Assembly: GCA_050115495.1 (NCBI GenBank)
Contig: JASFQK010000015.1
Location: 32,001-96,000, forward strand
DNA: 64,000 nt
Reading direction: 5' to 3'
Origin: Phycisphaerae bacterium
Lineage (GTDB): Bacteria; Planctomycetota; Phycisphaerae; UBA1845; Fen-1342
In this document: piece after piece, positions 48,242 to 58,028 of the stretch
How the letters are laid out: each line of letters begins with the position of its first letter
How positions within the stretch are numbered: position 1 is the stretch's first letter
The notes under the pieces: generated by a model
Database searches by the model: none
Told to the model about the DNA's origin: nothing
Seen by the model: only the letters and a program-made list of their open reading frames with translations
Program-made: the position numbers and the translations under genes

Positions 48242-49678
48242 CTAGGACGCCTTCTGCTCTGCTGCCTGGCGGGCCTTCTCGGCTTCGGCCTTGCGCCGCC
48301 GTTCGGCCTGAATCGCCCGCAACTGGGTCTTGCCGCTGCGCATGTACTGCGGCAGCGGGATGTGCGCCGGACACACAAACGCGCAGCACCCGCACTCGCA
48401 GCAAGCCATCAGGTCATACTGCTCGGCCATCTCCATGTCGTGGAACTTGACGGCGTGGGCCAGCTTCGTCGGCGACAGGTACAACGGGCAGTTGTCGATG
48501 CACCGCCCGCAGCGGATGCACGGCCCCTCCTCGACGTGGTCGACCTCGTCGTCCGTCAGCACCAGAATGCCGTTGACGCCCTTCACGACGGGCACGTTCA
48601 GGTTGGGCACCGTCGGGCCCATCATCGGGCCGCCGGCGATGACCTTGACTGTGTTGGCCGTCACGCCGCCGCAAGTCTCGATCAGCTCGCTGAACGCCGT
48701 GCCGATGGGCACCAGGTAATTCCCCGGCTGCCGCACGCCGCCGCCGGTTATGGAGACCACGCGGTGCGTAAAGGGCTGCTGACGGACGACGGCGCGGGCG
48801 ATGCTATGCGCGGTCGCGACGTTCACCACGACGACGCCGACATCCAGCGGCAGGCCGCGCGGCGCGCTCGGCACCGTGCGCTTCAGCACCGCCGGAATGA
48901 GCTGCCGTTCGCCGCCCATCGGGTACTTCGTCGCACAGACGACGAGCTCGAGCCTCGGCCGGCCGTTGATGATCTTGCGCATCAGCTCGATGGCGTCGGG
49001 CTTGTTCTCTTCGATGGCAACGATGCCACGCTCGGCACCGGCCGCGTGCACGGCGAGCTGCAACCCGGTGACGATCGCCTCCGGGCATTCGAGCATGAGA
49101 CGATGGTCGGCGGTCAGGTACGGCTCGCACTCGGCGCCATTGAGAATGACCGTGTCCACCGGACGTTCGGGGTTGCGCTTGAGCTTGATGAACGTGGGGA
49201 ACGTCGCCCCGCCCTGCCCCACCAGGCCCATCGCCCGCAACTGCTTGCAGATCTCCTCGGGGTCGTAGCTCGTGGGCTCGACGCCGTCCCAGTTGCGATC
49301 GAGGAACTGCTCGAGGAAGTCCTCGGGCATGGCCGGACCCTCGGCCGGCAGCTTGATCGTCACGGCCGGCACCCGCCGTCCCGACGGCAGCAGGGCGATC
49401 GTCGACGCCCCGACCGTGCCGTTGATGGACGAGTGAATCGGCGCCGAGACGAACGACTCGGTGTCGGCGATGCGATCGCCCAGCTTCACCTCGTCACGCA
49501 GCTTCACCACCGGCGTGCAGGCCGCCCCGAGGTTCTGCGCCATCGGAACGATCAGGTCCTTCTTCGGCACGAACAGCTTGATGGGCAGCGATTCGGTGTA
49601 TTCCTTCCGATGCGGCGGATGGATGCCCCGCTGGAAGCTGCACAAACCGGACGAACCACTCACAATGCCGGCGCTCAT
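48242..49678 (-). CDS. rnfC: Rnf subunit C
   Basis: GIHP, GQGGATFPT, NGAECEPYLTAD, GGPMMG, CIRCGRCIDNCP, CCECGCCAFVCP. Confidence 0.94.
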   Translation of the reverse strand: MSAGIVSGSSGLCSFQRGIHPPHRKEYTESLPIKLFVPKKDLIVPMAQNLGAACTPVVKLRDEVKLGDRIADTESFVSAPIHSSINGTVGASTIALLPSGRRVPAVTIKLPAEGPAMPEDFLEQFLDRNWDGVEPTSYDPEEICKQLRAMGLVGQGGATFPTFIKLKRNPERPVDTVILNGAECEPYLTADHRLMLECPEAIVTGLQLAVHAAGAERGIVAIEENKPDAIELMRKIINGRPRLELVVCATKYPMGGERQLIPAVLKRTVPSAPRGLPLDVGVVVVNVATAHSIARAVVRQQPFTHRVVSITGGGVRQPGNYLVPIGTAFSELIETCGGVTANTVKVIAGGPMMGPTVPNLNVPVVKGVNGILVLTDDEVDHVEEGPCIRCGRCIDNCPLYLSPTKLAHAVKFHDMEMAEQYDLMACCECGCCAFVCPAHIPLPQYMRSGKTQLRAIQAERRRKAEAEKARQAAEQKAS

Positions 49679-50079
49679 TCGCCACCTCCGGCCGAGTCTT
49701 TCCGCTGATTCGAGACCAACATGAGCAATCCCTTCGCGATCGCGGCGCCCACCGCCAGACCGAGCAGCATCCCCGCGAACTGCCACCAGCCCAGGCTCGC
49801 GCCGGACTTCACCGCCAGCAACCGTCCCGCCGCCCACGCACCCGCCAGAGCGCTGACGAGCGGCAACAGGAAGACCGCAGCACACGAGCCGACCAGCAGG
49901 CCACCCTCGCTATACCGGCGGACTTCGGGATCGAGCAGACGCTGCGTGGGGTCGCCGCCGTCTTTCATGAGCGGACAGGAATCGGTTCCGTCGCCGTGGC
50001 CGTGGCCGTGGCCGTGGCCGTGGCAGTGCCCGCCACAACCAAACCAGAACCGCTCCAGCATGTTGGTGAGGAAGCTCAT
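49675..50079 (-). CDS. RseC-like membrane protein with Cys/His-rich N-terminus
   Basis: AVFLLPL plus two TM helices as in RseC; first gene of the rnf operon (ATGA overlap with rnfC); CGGHC(HG)5. Confidence 0.65.
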   Translation of the reverse strand: MSFLTNMLERFWFGCGGHCHGHGHGHGHGDGTDSCPLMKDGGDPTQRLLDPEVRRYSEGGLLVGSCAAVFLLPLVSALAGAWAAGRLLAVKSGASLGWWQFAGMLLGLAVGAAIAKGLLMLVSNQRKDSAGGGE

Positions 50080-50130
50080 GATCCGCTCATTGCCGCGAAA
50101 GTCCGCCTACGTAGCTCAAAACGAACCAGT

Positions 50131-50147
50131 ATGCAAGAGCCGTGCTA
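50131..50147 (-). promoter_or_regulatory. Possible sigma54-type -24/-12 promoter of the rnf operon
   Basis: Minus strand TAGCACG-GCTC-TTGCAT versus consensus TGGCACG-N4-TTGCW; one mismatch, in the conserved GG. Confidence 0.3.
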
Positions 50148-50352
50148 GTTTGATCTAATCACCACATGTTTTAGTGCTATTACATACCAGTTCAAAACCA
50201 CACGAATCCCCCGTTTTCGGGGTCCGGCGGAGGACGCGACCCTCGCCGCCGATGTCCCCGAACTGTCCGACTGCGCGGAATTCCCCGCCCCGGGCGCGGA
50301 ACACCCGCGCCTGGACGCGCCGCCGGATACTTGCACAATGGCACCCTTGGCA

Positions 50353-50446
50353 GTCCGTTGGAAAAGGGAACTGGCTCCGAGCCACAGGGCCCGCACTGCG
50401 TCGGCAACCGGCCGCAGCGAAGTGCCTGTCCCCTTCTTCGACGGAC
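50353..50446. repeat. 94-bp palindromic MITE/REP-like element, copy 2
   Basis: GTCCGTTGGAAAAGGGAACTGGCTCCGAGCC...GTGCCTGTCCCCTTCTTCGACGGAC; same length and near-identical ends as 19415-19508. Confidence 0.85.
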
Positions 50447-50480
50447 TCTGCGCCCCGGCACGTGCTGCGGAGGACCCCAA

Positions 50481-51209
50481 GTGATCTCGACCGCCACTGA
50501 CAGGGACGGCCCGCTCGTGCGCGTCGAGCTGGCCAGTCGCGTCTTCCGGATGGGCGAAGTCGAAGTTCCCGCCCTCAGCGAAGCCACGCTCGACGTGCGC
50601 CCCGGCGAGTTCGTCGTCATCCTGGGCCCCTCCGGCTCGGGCAAGACCACGCTGCTGAACCTGATCGGCGGGCTCGACCAACCCACGCGCGGCCGCGTCT
50701 GGTACCGCGATCTCGATCTCACCGCCCTCAACGCCGAGGGGCTCACCGGTTTCCGCCGGGACAAGATCGGTTTCATCTTCCAGTTCTACAACCTCGTGCC
50801 GACGCTGACCGCCCGCGAGAACGTGCAGGTGGCAACCGAGCTCGTCGTCGACCCGCTCGATCCCGGCAAGGCGCTCGCCCTCGTCGAGCTCGAAAACCGC
50901 GCCGGGCACTTTCCCGCCCAGCTCTCCGGCGGCGAGCAGCAGCGCGTGGCGATTGCCCGCGCCCTGGCCAAGCGCCCCGAGCTGCTCCTGGCCGACGAGC
51001 CCACCGGGGCGCTCGATCTGGAGACAGCCCGCCGGGTGCTCGGCATGTTACAGCAGCTCAACCGCACGCGCGGTTTGACCACGATCCTGATCACGCACAA
51101 CCCGGCGATCGCCCGCATCGCCGGCCGCACCGTCCGCATGGCCAGCGGGCGGATCGAAGAGTCACGCGAGAACGACAACGTCATCGACGCCGCCGAGGTT
51201 TCTTGGTAG
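50481..51209 (+). CDS. ABC transporter ATP-binding protein (LolD/MacB-like)
   Basis: [34 protein letters not shown] with GGAGG RBS. Confidence 0.92.
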   Translation: MISTATDRDGPLVRVELASRVFRMGEVEVPALSEATLDVRPGEFVVILGPSGSGKTTLLNLIGGLDQPTRGRVWYRDLDLTALNAEGLTGFRRDKIGFIFQFYNLVPTLTARENVQVATELVVDPLDPGKALALVELENRAGHFPAQLSGGEQQRVAIARALAKRPELLLADEPTGALDLETARRVLGMLQQLNRTRGLTTILITHNPAIARIAGRTVRMASGRIEESRENDNVIDAAEVSW

Positions 51210-51219
51210 GAACCGGCCG

Positions 51220-53598
51220 ATGCGCGCCCTCACGCGAAAACTCGGACGCGAGCTCTGGCACAACGCCGGCACCATGCTGAGCGTCGTCGCCATCATCGCC
51301 ATCGGCACCGGCTGCTTCATCGGCATGAGCTCGGCGGTGCGCATCCTGTCGGTCAGCCAGGCGGCGTACTATCGCGCGTACCGCTTCGCCGATTTCTGGG
51401 TCACGGTGAAGAAGGCGCCGCTGACCGCCGTCGAGCAACTGGCCGAGATCGACGGCATCGAGGAATGGCAAGCACGGATCGTCTTCGACGTCATCCTCAA
51501 CGTCCCCGGCGAAACGCGGCCGCTGACCGGCCGGCTCATCTCGATGCCCGTCCGCAACGGCCGCCGACCGCTCAACGACATGTGCCTCATCCGCGGCACG
51601 AGCTTCTCCGACGACCGCAGCGAAGAGGTCATCCTCAGCGAGGCCTTCGCCCGCGAGCACGACCTGAGCCCCGGCGACCATGTCGAACTCATCCTCAACC
51701 GCAAGCGCGAGTCGTTCGTCATCGTCGGCACGGCCATCAGCCCCGAGTACGTGTACATGGTTCGCGGCGAGGGCGATCTCATCCCCGACCCGAAGCACTT
51801 CGGCATTCTGTACCTGCCGGAGGCGTACGCCCGCGACGTGCTCGATTTCCGCGACGCCTGCAACCAGGTCACCGGCCGTTTCGTCCCCGGTGCCGAGAAG
51901 CGGGCCGACGCCATCCTCAATCGCGTCGAACGCGTACTCGACCCCTACGGCGTACTGGCCACGACGCCCCGTGAGCGCCACGCCTCGCACCGCTTCCTCA
52001 CCGACGAGATCCGCGGCGGCCGCGTCACGTCAAAGATGATCCCGGCGATCTTCCTCGCCGTGGCCGCCCTGGTGCTCAACGTCCTCATGAGCCGGCTCGC
52101 CGAGCGGCAGCGCACCACCATCGGCACGCTCAAAGCCGTCGGCTACTCCGACCGTGGCATCCTGTGGCACTTCATGGGTTTCGGCCTCGTGGTCGGAATC
52201 GCCGGCGGCGTGGCCGGCAACATCCTCGGCATCGGCTTGGCCAGTGCCATGGTCGAAATGTACAAGGGGTTCTACCAGTTCCCCTCGTTCGTCTACGAGG
52301 TCTACCCCGACCTGCTGCTGATCGGCATGCTCATCAGCGTCTCCTTCGCCGTCGCCGGCACCGCCAAGGGCGTCTGGACCGTGCTGCACCTCCAGCCGGC
52401 GGAGGCCATGCGGGCCAAGCCGCCGGAGCGCGGCGGAGCCATTCTGCTCGAACGCCTGCCGTGGCTCTGGTCGCGCCTCGGCTTCCGCTCGCAACTCGCC
52501 CTGCGCAACCTCATGCGCAACCGCACCCGCACCATCACGGGCGTTCTCTCCACAGCGCTGGCCACTGCCCTCATCGCCTCGTCGCTCATCATGCACGATT
52601 CGATGTGGTTCCTGGTCGACTTCCAGTTCGACCGCCTCACGCACAGCGACGTCGACCTCGGCCTGCACGACGAGCAGTCCGCGGCCGTCCTGAACGAGGC
52701 TCGCGAACTGCCAGGGGTGGATTACGCCGAACCGATGCTCTCCGTCGTCTGCGACCTGCGCCACGGACCGTGCAACCGCCGACTGGGCGTCACCGGCCTG
52801 GCCGCGACGCGCCGGCTGACCACACCGCTGCAAGCGGATCTCCAGCCCATCAAGATTCCGGAGCGCGGCCTGGTGCTGACCCGCAAGCTCGCCGAACTGC
52901 TGGACGCCAACCCCGGCGACCACCTCGAACTCACACCCGTACGCGGCCGCCGCGACACCGTCGACGTCTACGTCGCTTCCGTCGTCGACAGCTACATCGG
53001 TCTTAGCTGCTACGCCAATCTCGACTATCTCAGCAGCCTGGTCGGCGAGTCCCGGGCCGTGAACGGGCTGCAACTGCTGGTCAATCCGGCGGAGACAGCC
53101 GCCCTCTTCCACAGCATCAAAGACCTGCCCGCCGCCCAGGGACTCAGCGTGCGCAGCGACGTGCGGGCCAGCATCGAGGACACGCTGGTCCATACCATGA
53201 CGGCGACGATCGGCATCATCATCGTCTTCGCCGGCATGATCGCTTTCGGCAGCATCCTGAATAACTCGCTGGTGGACATCGGCGACCAGTTGCGCGATAT
53301 CTCGACGTTCCGCGTGCTCGGCTACGGTCCGCGGCAGATCGCCGGGATCTTCTTCCGACAGGCCATGTTCACGTTTGTGCTCGGCGTAGCGCTGGCCGCG
53401 CCGCTGACGTGGGGTCTGAGCCAGTTCTGGTCGGCGGCGATGGATACCGAGCTGTTCCGCATCCACATCGCGTTCCGCCTCCCGGTTCTCGCACAGGCCC
53501 TGCTGGCCGTGGTCGCGTTCGTGCTGCTGGCGCAGGTGCTCGTCTACCGGCAAATCCGCCGACTCGACTGGCTCGAGGGAATCAAGGTTAAAGAGTAG
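51220..53598 (+). CDS. ABC transporter permease (two FtsX/MacB-like repeats)
   Basis: Duplicated TM plus periplasmic architecture; IGTLKAVGY and ISTFRVLGY motifs. Confidence 0.88.
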   Translation: MRALTRKLGRELWHNAGTMLSVVAIIAIGTGCFIGMSSAVRILSVSQAAYYRAYRFADFWVTVKKAPLTAVEQLAEIDGIEEWQARIVFDVILNVPGETRPLTGRLISMPVRNGRRPLNDMCLIRGTSFSDDRSEEVILSEAFAREHDLSPGDHVELILNRKRESFVIVGTAISPEYVYMVRGEGDLIPDPKHFGILYLPEAYARDVLDFRDACNQVTGRFVPGAEKRADAILNRVERVLDPYGVLATTPRERHASHRFLTDEIRGGRVTSKMIPAIFLAVAALVLNVLMSRLAERQRTTIGTLKAVGYSDRGILWHFMGFGLVVGIAGGVAGNILGIGLASAMVEMYKGFYQFPSFVYEVYPDLLLIGMLISVSFAVAGTAKGVWTVLHLQPAEAMRAKPPERGGAILLERLPWLWSRLGFRSQLALRNLMRNRTRTITGVLSTALATALIASSLIMHDSMWFLVDFQFDRLTHSDVDLGLHDEQSAAVLNEARELPGVDYAEPMLSVVCDLRHGPCNRRLGVTGLAATRRLTTPLQADLQPIKIPERGLVLTRKLAELLDANPGDHLELTPVRGRRDTVDVYVASVVDSYIGLSCYANLDYLSSLVGESRAVNGLQLLVNPAETAALFHSIKDLPAAQGLSVRSDVRASIEDTLVHTMTATIGIIIVFAGMIAFGSILNNSLVDIGDQLRDISTFRVLGYGPRQIAGIFFRQAMFTFVLGVALAAPLTWGLSQFWSAAMDTELFRIHIAFRLPVLAQALLAVVAFVLLAQVLVYRQIRRLDWLEGIKVKE

Positions 53599-53609
53599 AG
53601 GCCACTACC

Positions 53610-54938
53610 ATGAAAAAGGCCGGTCTGATCGTACTGCTCATCGTCATCGCCGCCCTGGTCATCTGGCAGGTCTGGCGGCCCGCCATGACCGTCGAGGTGC
53701 TCCGCCCGCAGACGACCACGTTGCGGGCGTACGTCGAGGAGCAGGCCGTAACGGAGTTGCCGCACGACTACCTGGTCTCGATGCCGATCGACGGCTGGCT
53801 GGAGCGCATCGATCTGCGCGAAGGCGACGCCGTCCGCGCCGACGAGACGGTCGCCCGGCTGGAAACGGACGACCTCCAGGACCGGGCGCGGCAGGCCGAG
53901 CAGCGCATCGCCGTGCTGGAAACGAAGCTGCGCGAGATCGCCGACCACCGGCTCGAAGAGAACGCGCTCATCGAGACGCGGGCGACGGTGAAGGCCCTGG
54001 ACGAGACGGTTCAGGCGGCCGAGGCCAAGCTGGAAGCCGCCCTGGCCGTCGTGGAGTTCACGCAATCAGAGGTCGAGCGGCTGCGCCCGCTGCTGGAGAC
54101 GGGCGGGGCTGCGGCGCGTGAGGTGCGCGAGGCCGAAACCGAGTGGCGCAAGGCCCGGGCCGAATACCAGGGCGATCTGCTCCAGCTTGCCGCGCTGAAG
54201 ACGGTGAACCGCATCAGCTACATCGGGCCGAAGTTCATCGAGGACTACATCGACCGCAAGTCGTTTCAGACGCAGACGCAGGAAAAGCTGCTGACGGAGG
54301 CGCAGGCGGAGCTCGAGATCGCCAATCGCAACCTGGCCCGCGCCGAAGTCTGTTGCCCCATCGACGGCGTCGTGCTCGCCCGGCACCAGACCCGCCGGCA
54401 GTTCCTCCCCGCCGGCACCCCCCTGCTCACCGTCGGACGCCTGGAGGAAATGGAGGTCGTCGCCGAGATCCTCACCGAACGCGCCACGCAGCTCACTCCC
54501 GGCGACCCAGTGGAGATCTACGGGCGGGCCGTCGGCGACAAGCCGCTCTCCGGTCACGTGCTGCGCGTCTATCCGGCCGGCTTCACCAAGATCAGCTCGC
54601 TGGGCGTCGAGCAGCAGCGCGTGGAGGTGGCGGTGAGTCTCGATGAGCGGCCGCCGGCGCTGGGTATTGGCTTTCGCGTGCACGTCCGCATTTTCTACGA
54701 TGAGGCGGCCGATGCGTTGACGCTGCCGCGCACAGCGCTGTTCCGCGGCCCGCAGGGCGAGTGGCAGGTGATGATCGTGCAGGATGGCCACACGGTGCTG
54801 CGTACGGTCACGGTGGGCCTGACCAACGACGAGTTCGCCCAGATCAGCGAGGGCCTGAGCGCAACGGACCTCATCGTGGCCCATCCGGCGCGGGAGATCG
54901 TCGCCGGCCTACGCGTCCGCACGACCGGCGGCGAGTAG
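53610..54938 (+). CDS. Efflux periplasmic adaptor (HlyD/MacA family)
   Basis: N-terminal TM, lipoyl-like halves (PIDG) flanking a coiled coil, KISSLGVEQQRV. Confidence 0.88.
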   Translation: MKKAGLIVLLIVIAALVIWQVWRPAMTVEVLRPQTTTLRAYVEEQAVTELPHDYLVSMPIDGWLERIDLREGDAVRADETVARLETDDLQDRARQAEQRIAVLETKLREIADHRLEENALIETRATVKALDETVQAAEAKLEAALAVVEFTQSEVERLRPLLETGGAAAREVREAETEWRKARAEYQGDLLQLAALKTVNRISYIGPKFIEDYIDRKSFQTQTQEKLLTEAQAELEIANRNLARAEVCCPIDGVVLARHQTRRQFLPAGTPLLTVGRLEEMEVVAEILTERATQLTPGDPVEIYGRAVGDKPLSGHVLRVYPAGFTKISSLGVEQQRVEVAVSLDERPPALGIGFRVHVRIFYDEAADALTLPRTALFRGPQGEWQVMIVQDGHTVLRTVTVGLTNDEFAQISEGLSATDLIVAHPAREIVAGLRVRTTGGE

Positions 54939-54955
54939 ACGACCGAGGCCGGGCG

Positions 54956-55333
54956 ATGTTCGAGCTCGATGAATCCCGCCGCGATGCGCTGCTGGAGCGC
55001 TGGGCCCGCCGGCTGGTGGACCGCGGGCTGGCGGCGCCGGCGGTGTTTCTGCTTGAGGCGCACAAGCCGCTGGCCGGGCTGTCGGCGCAGGCGCTGATCG
55101 CGTTTCGACCGCTGCTGACGCCGCTGGTGCCATTGGACGTCGGCGAACTGGCGGCGTTCATGCGCGACGTGGACAACATCGAGCGGCTGCTTCGCCGAAT
55201 CGAGGAGCTGGAGGACCGGCGAACGGCGCGGCAGGTCATTCGCGGGCGCCGGGCGACCGAGGCTCGGCGACGCCTGCGCCGCATCCGCCGGTGGCAGCGC
55301 GACCGCCGGCCAGGTGGGGCAGGGCGGGCGTGA
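54956..55333 (+). CDS. Conserved small hypothetical protein (PAxxxLExxKPL family)
   Basis: ATG 54956; motif APAVFLLEAHKPL...Q...NIERLLRRIEE. Confidence 0.65.
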   Translation: MFELDESRRDALLERWARRLVDRGLAAPAVFLLEAHKPLAGLSAQALIAFRPLLTPLVPLDVGELAAFMRDVDNIERLLRRIEELEDRRTARQVIRGRRATEARRRLRRIRRWQRDRRPGGAGRA

Positions 55334-55341
55334 AGGTACCC

Positions 55342-55896
55342 CTACTCCTTCGTGAACTGCACGCCGACGTGATACTTGCGGGCCGAGACGTACGTGCAGT
55401 GCCGGACGACGGCGACGAGGCAGGGCCGATCGGGGAGCGTCTCGAAGACCGCCCAGACGCGCGTGCCGACATGGACCAGCCGCGCTGACAGAAAGGCGAA
55501 GCCGCCGGAAGAGATGTTCAGCGTGATGACGTCCATCTCCTCCCAGCGCGGGCCGAGCGGCGTGACGTCCTCATACAGCACACGCATCTGCGTGGGCCAG
55601 GGATAGCGCCGGTGGCGGCGCGACTCCACACGGCCAACTGCCGACGGCCGTTCGGCCTCGGCCGCCCCGGCCGCGACCGCCAGCACTTGAGCTACCGGGG
55701 GACCCTCATCCGGCCAATCGGGGCCGGCGTACAGCTCGTCCACCCCCTCGCCCTGGAGAGCGTTGATGTCGGACTCGGTGACCGTCTGGCCACGGGACAG
55801 AACGACGCGTCCCTCTCTGTCCACTACATGGCCGGGGAGTGGGTCCCCCGCAACAAGCGACGCAGGGTCCACTCTCCGACGTTCGCTGTTGCTCAT
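55342..55896 (-). CDS. PilZ domain protein (c-di-GMP receptor)
   Basis: RRHRR (RxxxR), NISSGG (D/NxSxxG), terminal GVQF. Confidence 0.82.
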   Translation of the reverse strand: MSNSERRRVDPASLVAGDPLPGHVVDREGRVVLSRGQTVTESDINALQGEGVDELYAGPDWPDEGPPVAQVLAVAAGAAEAERPSAVGRVESRRHRRYPWPTQMRVLYEDVTPLGPRWEEMDVITLNISSGGFAFLSARLVHVGTRVWAVFETLPDRPCLVAVVRHCTYVSARKYHVGVQFTKE

Positions 55897-56121
55897 GCGT
55901 CACTGCCTGTCGCTCGCATCACCGTCCGTCCTACAAGTCGACGGACCCGCCCCTACGGCCCAGACTACGGACGTACCGCGTCTGGCTAGCAACATAGATC
56001 GTGTGTTTTCAGCAGGCACTTTCTGTATGGCGCTGCATTACCGCGCAATGACGACAGGGGTGGTCCGTGAGCGTTACCGGATCAGCGTGCCTGTGGCGCC
56101 CCTCGCCGCGCGTGATGCTGT

Positions 56122-58026
56122 TTAACCCCACAGCTTCCCCAGCCAGTCCTCGATCAGAAAGCCGATCCGCGGCGCCAGCCAGGACAGGCGCGTGTTCACC
56201 GTGTTGCCGAACATGGCCCCGAAACCGATCATCATCGCCATGCGCCCCGCGCTGATCGTCCCCCGCCCCACCGCCGACCGCGGGCGGAAGATAAACACGA
56301 AATACGCCAGGGATAGCACCGCCACCGCGACGAATACCAGATGTTCGAGCCTCGCCGGATCGAACGTGGTAACCCCCGTTTGCGTGTCGGTTACCCACGG
56401 CCAGACCGGCTGAATAGTGTCCAGAATCTGCGGAATAACCAGATTGGGCTGGTTCTCGAACTCGGGGCCGATCATCAGGCCAATAAACGCGGCCACCACA
56501 AGCTGGTTCAACCAGCGATAGCGCTTCGAATAGGCGAAATACCAAAGCGCTCCCGGAACCAGCAGCAGCAGCCATAGAGCGTTTGTCCAGTGCCGGGCGC
56601 CGGTGAAGCCGCCGAGCATCGGTTCGATCCAATCCGGACGCAGAATCTCGTTGACCTGGTCCAGCAGGTACGCCAGTGCCCCGCCGATGATGATGGCCTC
56701 GATGAACCGGTAGAAGCGATTGTCGCCGAGCAGGAACGCGAATACGCCCAGCGTCAGGAACGCCATGATGAACTCGCCGATGCGCGACTCGATCATCTGG
56801 GCATAGCGGCGGTCAGCTTCGAGGCGGGCGACGGTGGCGAGCGCGGGCACGGACGACTCGGCGGCGACGGCCTGCACTTCGGCGAGCAGGTCGTCGCGTC
56901 CCACGCGTTCATAGCGCGGATAACTGCGCCCCGGCTCGTCGTCCGGACGCGCCACGCGCAGCCGGGCGAACTTGTCGTCCGCGTTGTGGCGCCACACTTC
57001 TCCGAGAACGCTCCCGCCGTAAAACAGGACAAAGGCACCGAACAACGTCCACATGAACCAGCGCGGCAGCGGCGGGAGCGGCGGGCGCAGCTTGCGCGGG
57101 TCGAGGCGCGGCAATCGCCCGCTGCGTTCGGCCCAGCGTGTGGTCAGCAAGGCGACATTGCCGACGAGCACGAGCAGCAACAGAAGCGACTTCCCGAGGC
57201 TCATCGAGTTGTCGATGGGCCGGGTCATGGGCTCGTCGGGGTCGAGGAGGCTGCGGTATTCGGTAGCGGCGCGGGCCGAGTTCAGCAGGCCGAATAGCTG
57301 GTTGGATTTGACGTAGGGATAGAGGCGATTGGCTTCGATGCCGAGCGTAGCGGGCCCGATAAGCAGCGACGGGAACTCGCCGCGGACGAGGCCGGCGATA
57401 TAGCGGCTCTCGTCGCCGGCGGAGCAGGTGATCACGGCTGACACGTCGGCCAGGCCGTGGAAGCGGGCGAGCAGCGGGTAGCTGGCGTCGTCGAGCAGGT
57501 CTTTGTCGTTGACGTAGTCGCGGCCGAAGATCTCGCGCGGGCGAGTGATGATCGAGCGGGCCTGCGAGGCGAAGACGGGGGCGTTGGTATAGCCGAAGTC
57601 GAGGTAGTCCTCGCCGTAGACCCAGGTCGGGATCGGTTCGCCGCGGCGCCAGGCACGCTGGACCTCGTCCTCGCGGGCACGCTCGAAGGCGGCCATGGCA
57701 GCGTCGTGGAACTCCGGCGGACCCATCGAGCAGATGAAGATGAACTTCAGCCGGCGGCGGAGCAGGTGGCGGACGAGCACGTTGAATTGCGGCTCGTTCT
57801 CGCCGGACGTGCCGGGGCCCCAGTTGGTCAGGAAAAGAACGACCTTGTCGCGCTCGACCGGATCGGCGGCGATGCGCTCGATCTGGTCGTAGAACTTCTG
57901 CGTATAGGTGTCCGGGTGGATCGGCAGACTGTACGTCACCACGAACGGCACGCTCAGCACGGCCACCAGCAACAGATAGACGAGCCGGCGGTCGGCCGAT
58001 TGCAGCCAGCGGACAACGCGCAACAC
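56122..58026 (-). CDS. Uncharacterised membrane protein; apparent fusion of two modules
   Basis: N-module DRRLVYLL...PYVKSNQLFGLL...EY; C-module with about six TMs, LTLGVFAFLLGDNRFYRFIE...GFGAMFGNTVNTRLS. Confidence 0.8.
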   Translation of the reverse strand: MLRVVRWLQSADRRLVYLLLVAVLSVPFVVTYSLPIHPDTYTQKFYDQIERIAADPVERDKVVLFLTNWGPGTSGENEPQFNVLVRHLLRRRLKFIFICSMGPPEFHDAAMAAFERAREDEVQRAWRRGEPIPTWVYGEDYLDFGYTNAPVFASQARSIITRPREIFGRDYVNDKDLLDDASYPLLARFHGLADVSAVITCSAGDESRYIAGLVRGEFPSLLIGPATLGIEANRLYPYVKSNQLFGLLNSARAATEYRSLLDPDEPMTRPIDNSMSLGKSLLLLLVLVGNVALLTTRWAERSGRLPRLDPRKLRPPLPPLPRWFMWTLFGAFVLFYGGSVLGEVWRHNADDKFARLRVARPDDEPGRSYPRYERVGRDDLLAEVQAVAAESSVPALATVARLEADRRYAQMIESRIGEFIMAFLTLGVFAFLLGDNRFYRFIEAIIIGGALAYLLDQVNEILRPDWIEPMLGGFTGARHWTNALWLLLLVPGALWYFAYSKRYRWLNQLVVAAFIGLMIGPEFENQPNLVIPQILDTIQPVWPWVTDTQTGVTTFDPARLEHLVFVAVAVLSLAYFVFIFRPRSAVGRGTISAGRMAMMIGFGAMFGNTVNTRLSWLAPRIGFLIEDWLGKLWG

Positions 58027-58028
58027 GG

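Noticed and set aside
50150..50162. FNR box (TTGAT...ATCAC) upstream of rnf
   Set aside because: The spacer is 3 nt instead of 4 and one half-site is mismatched.
50331..50480. N-terminal extension of the ABC ATPase
   Set aside because: It is the translated 94-bp repeat; GTG 50481 has a GGAGG RBS.
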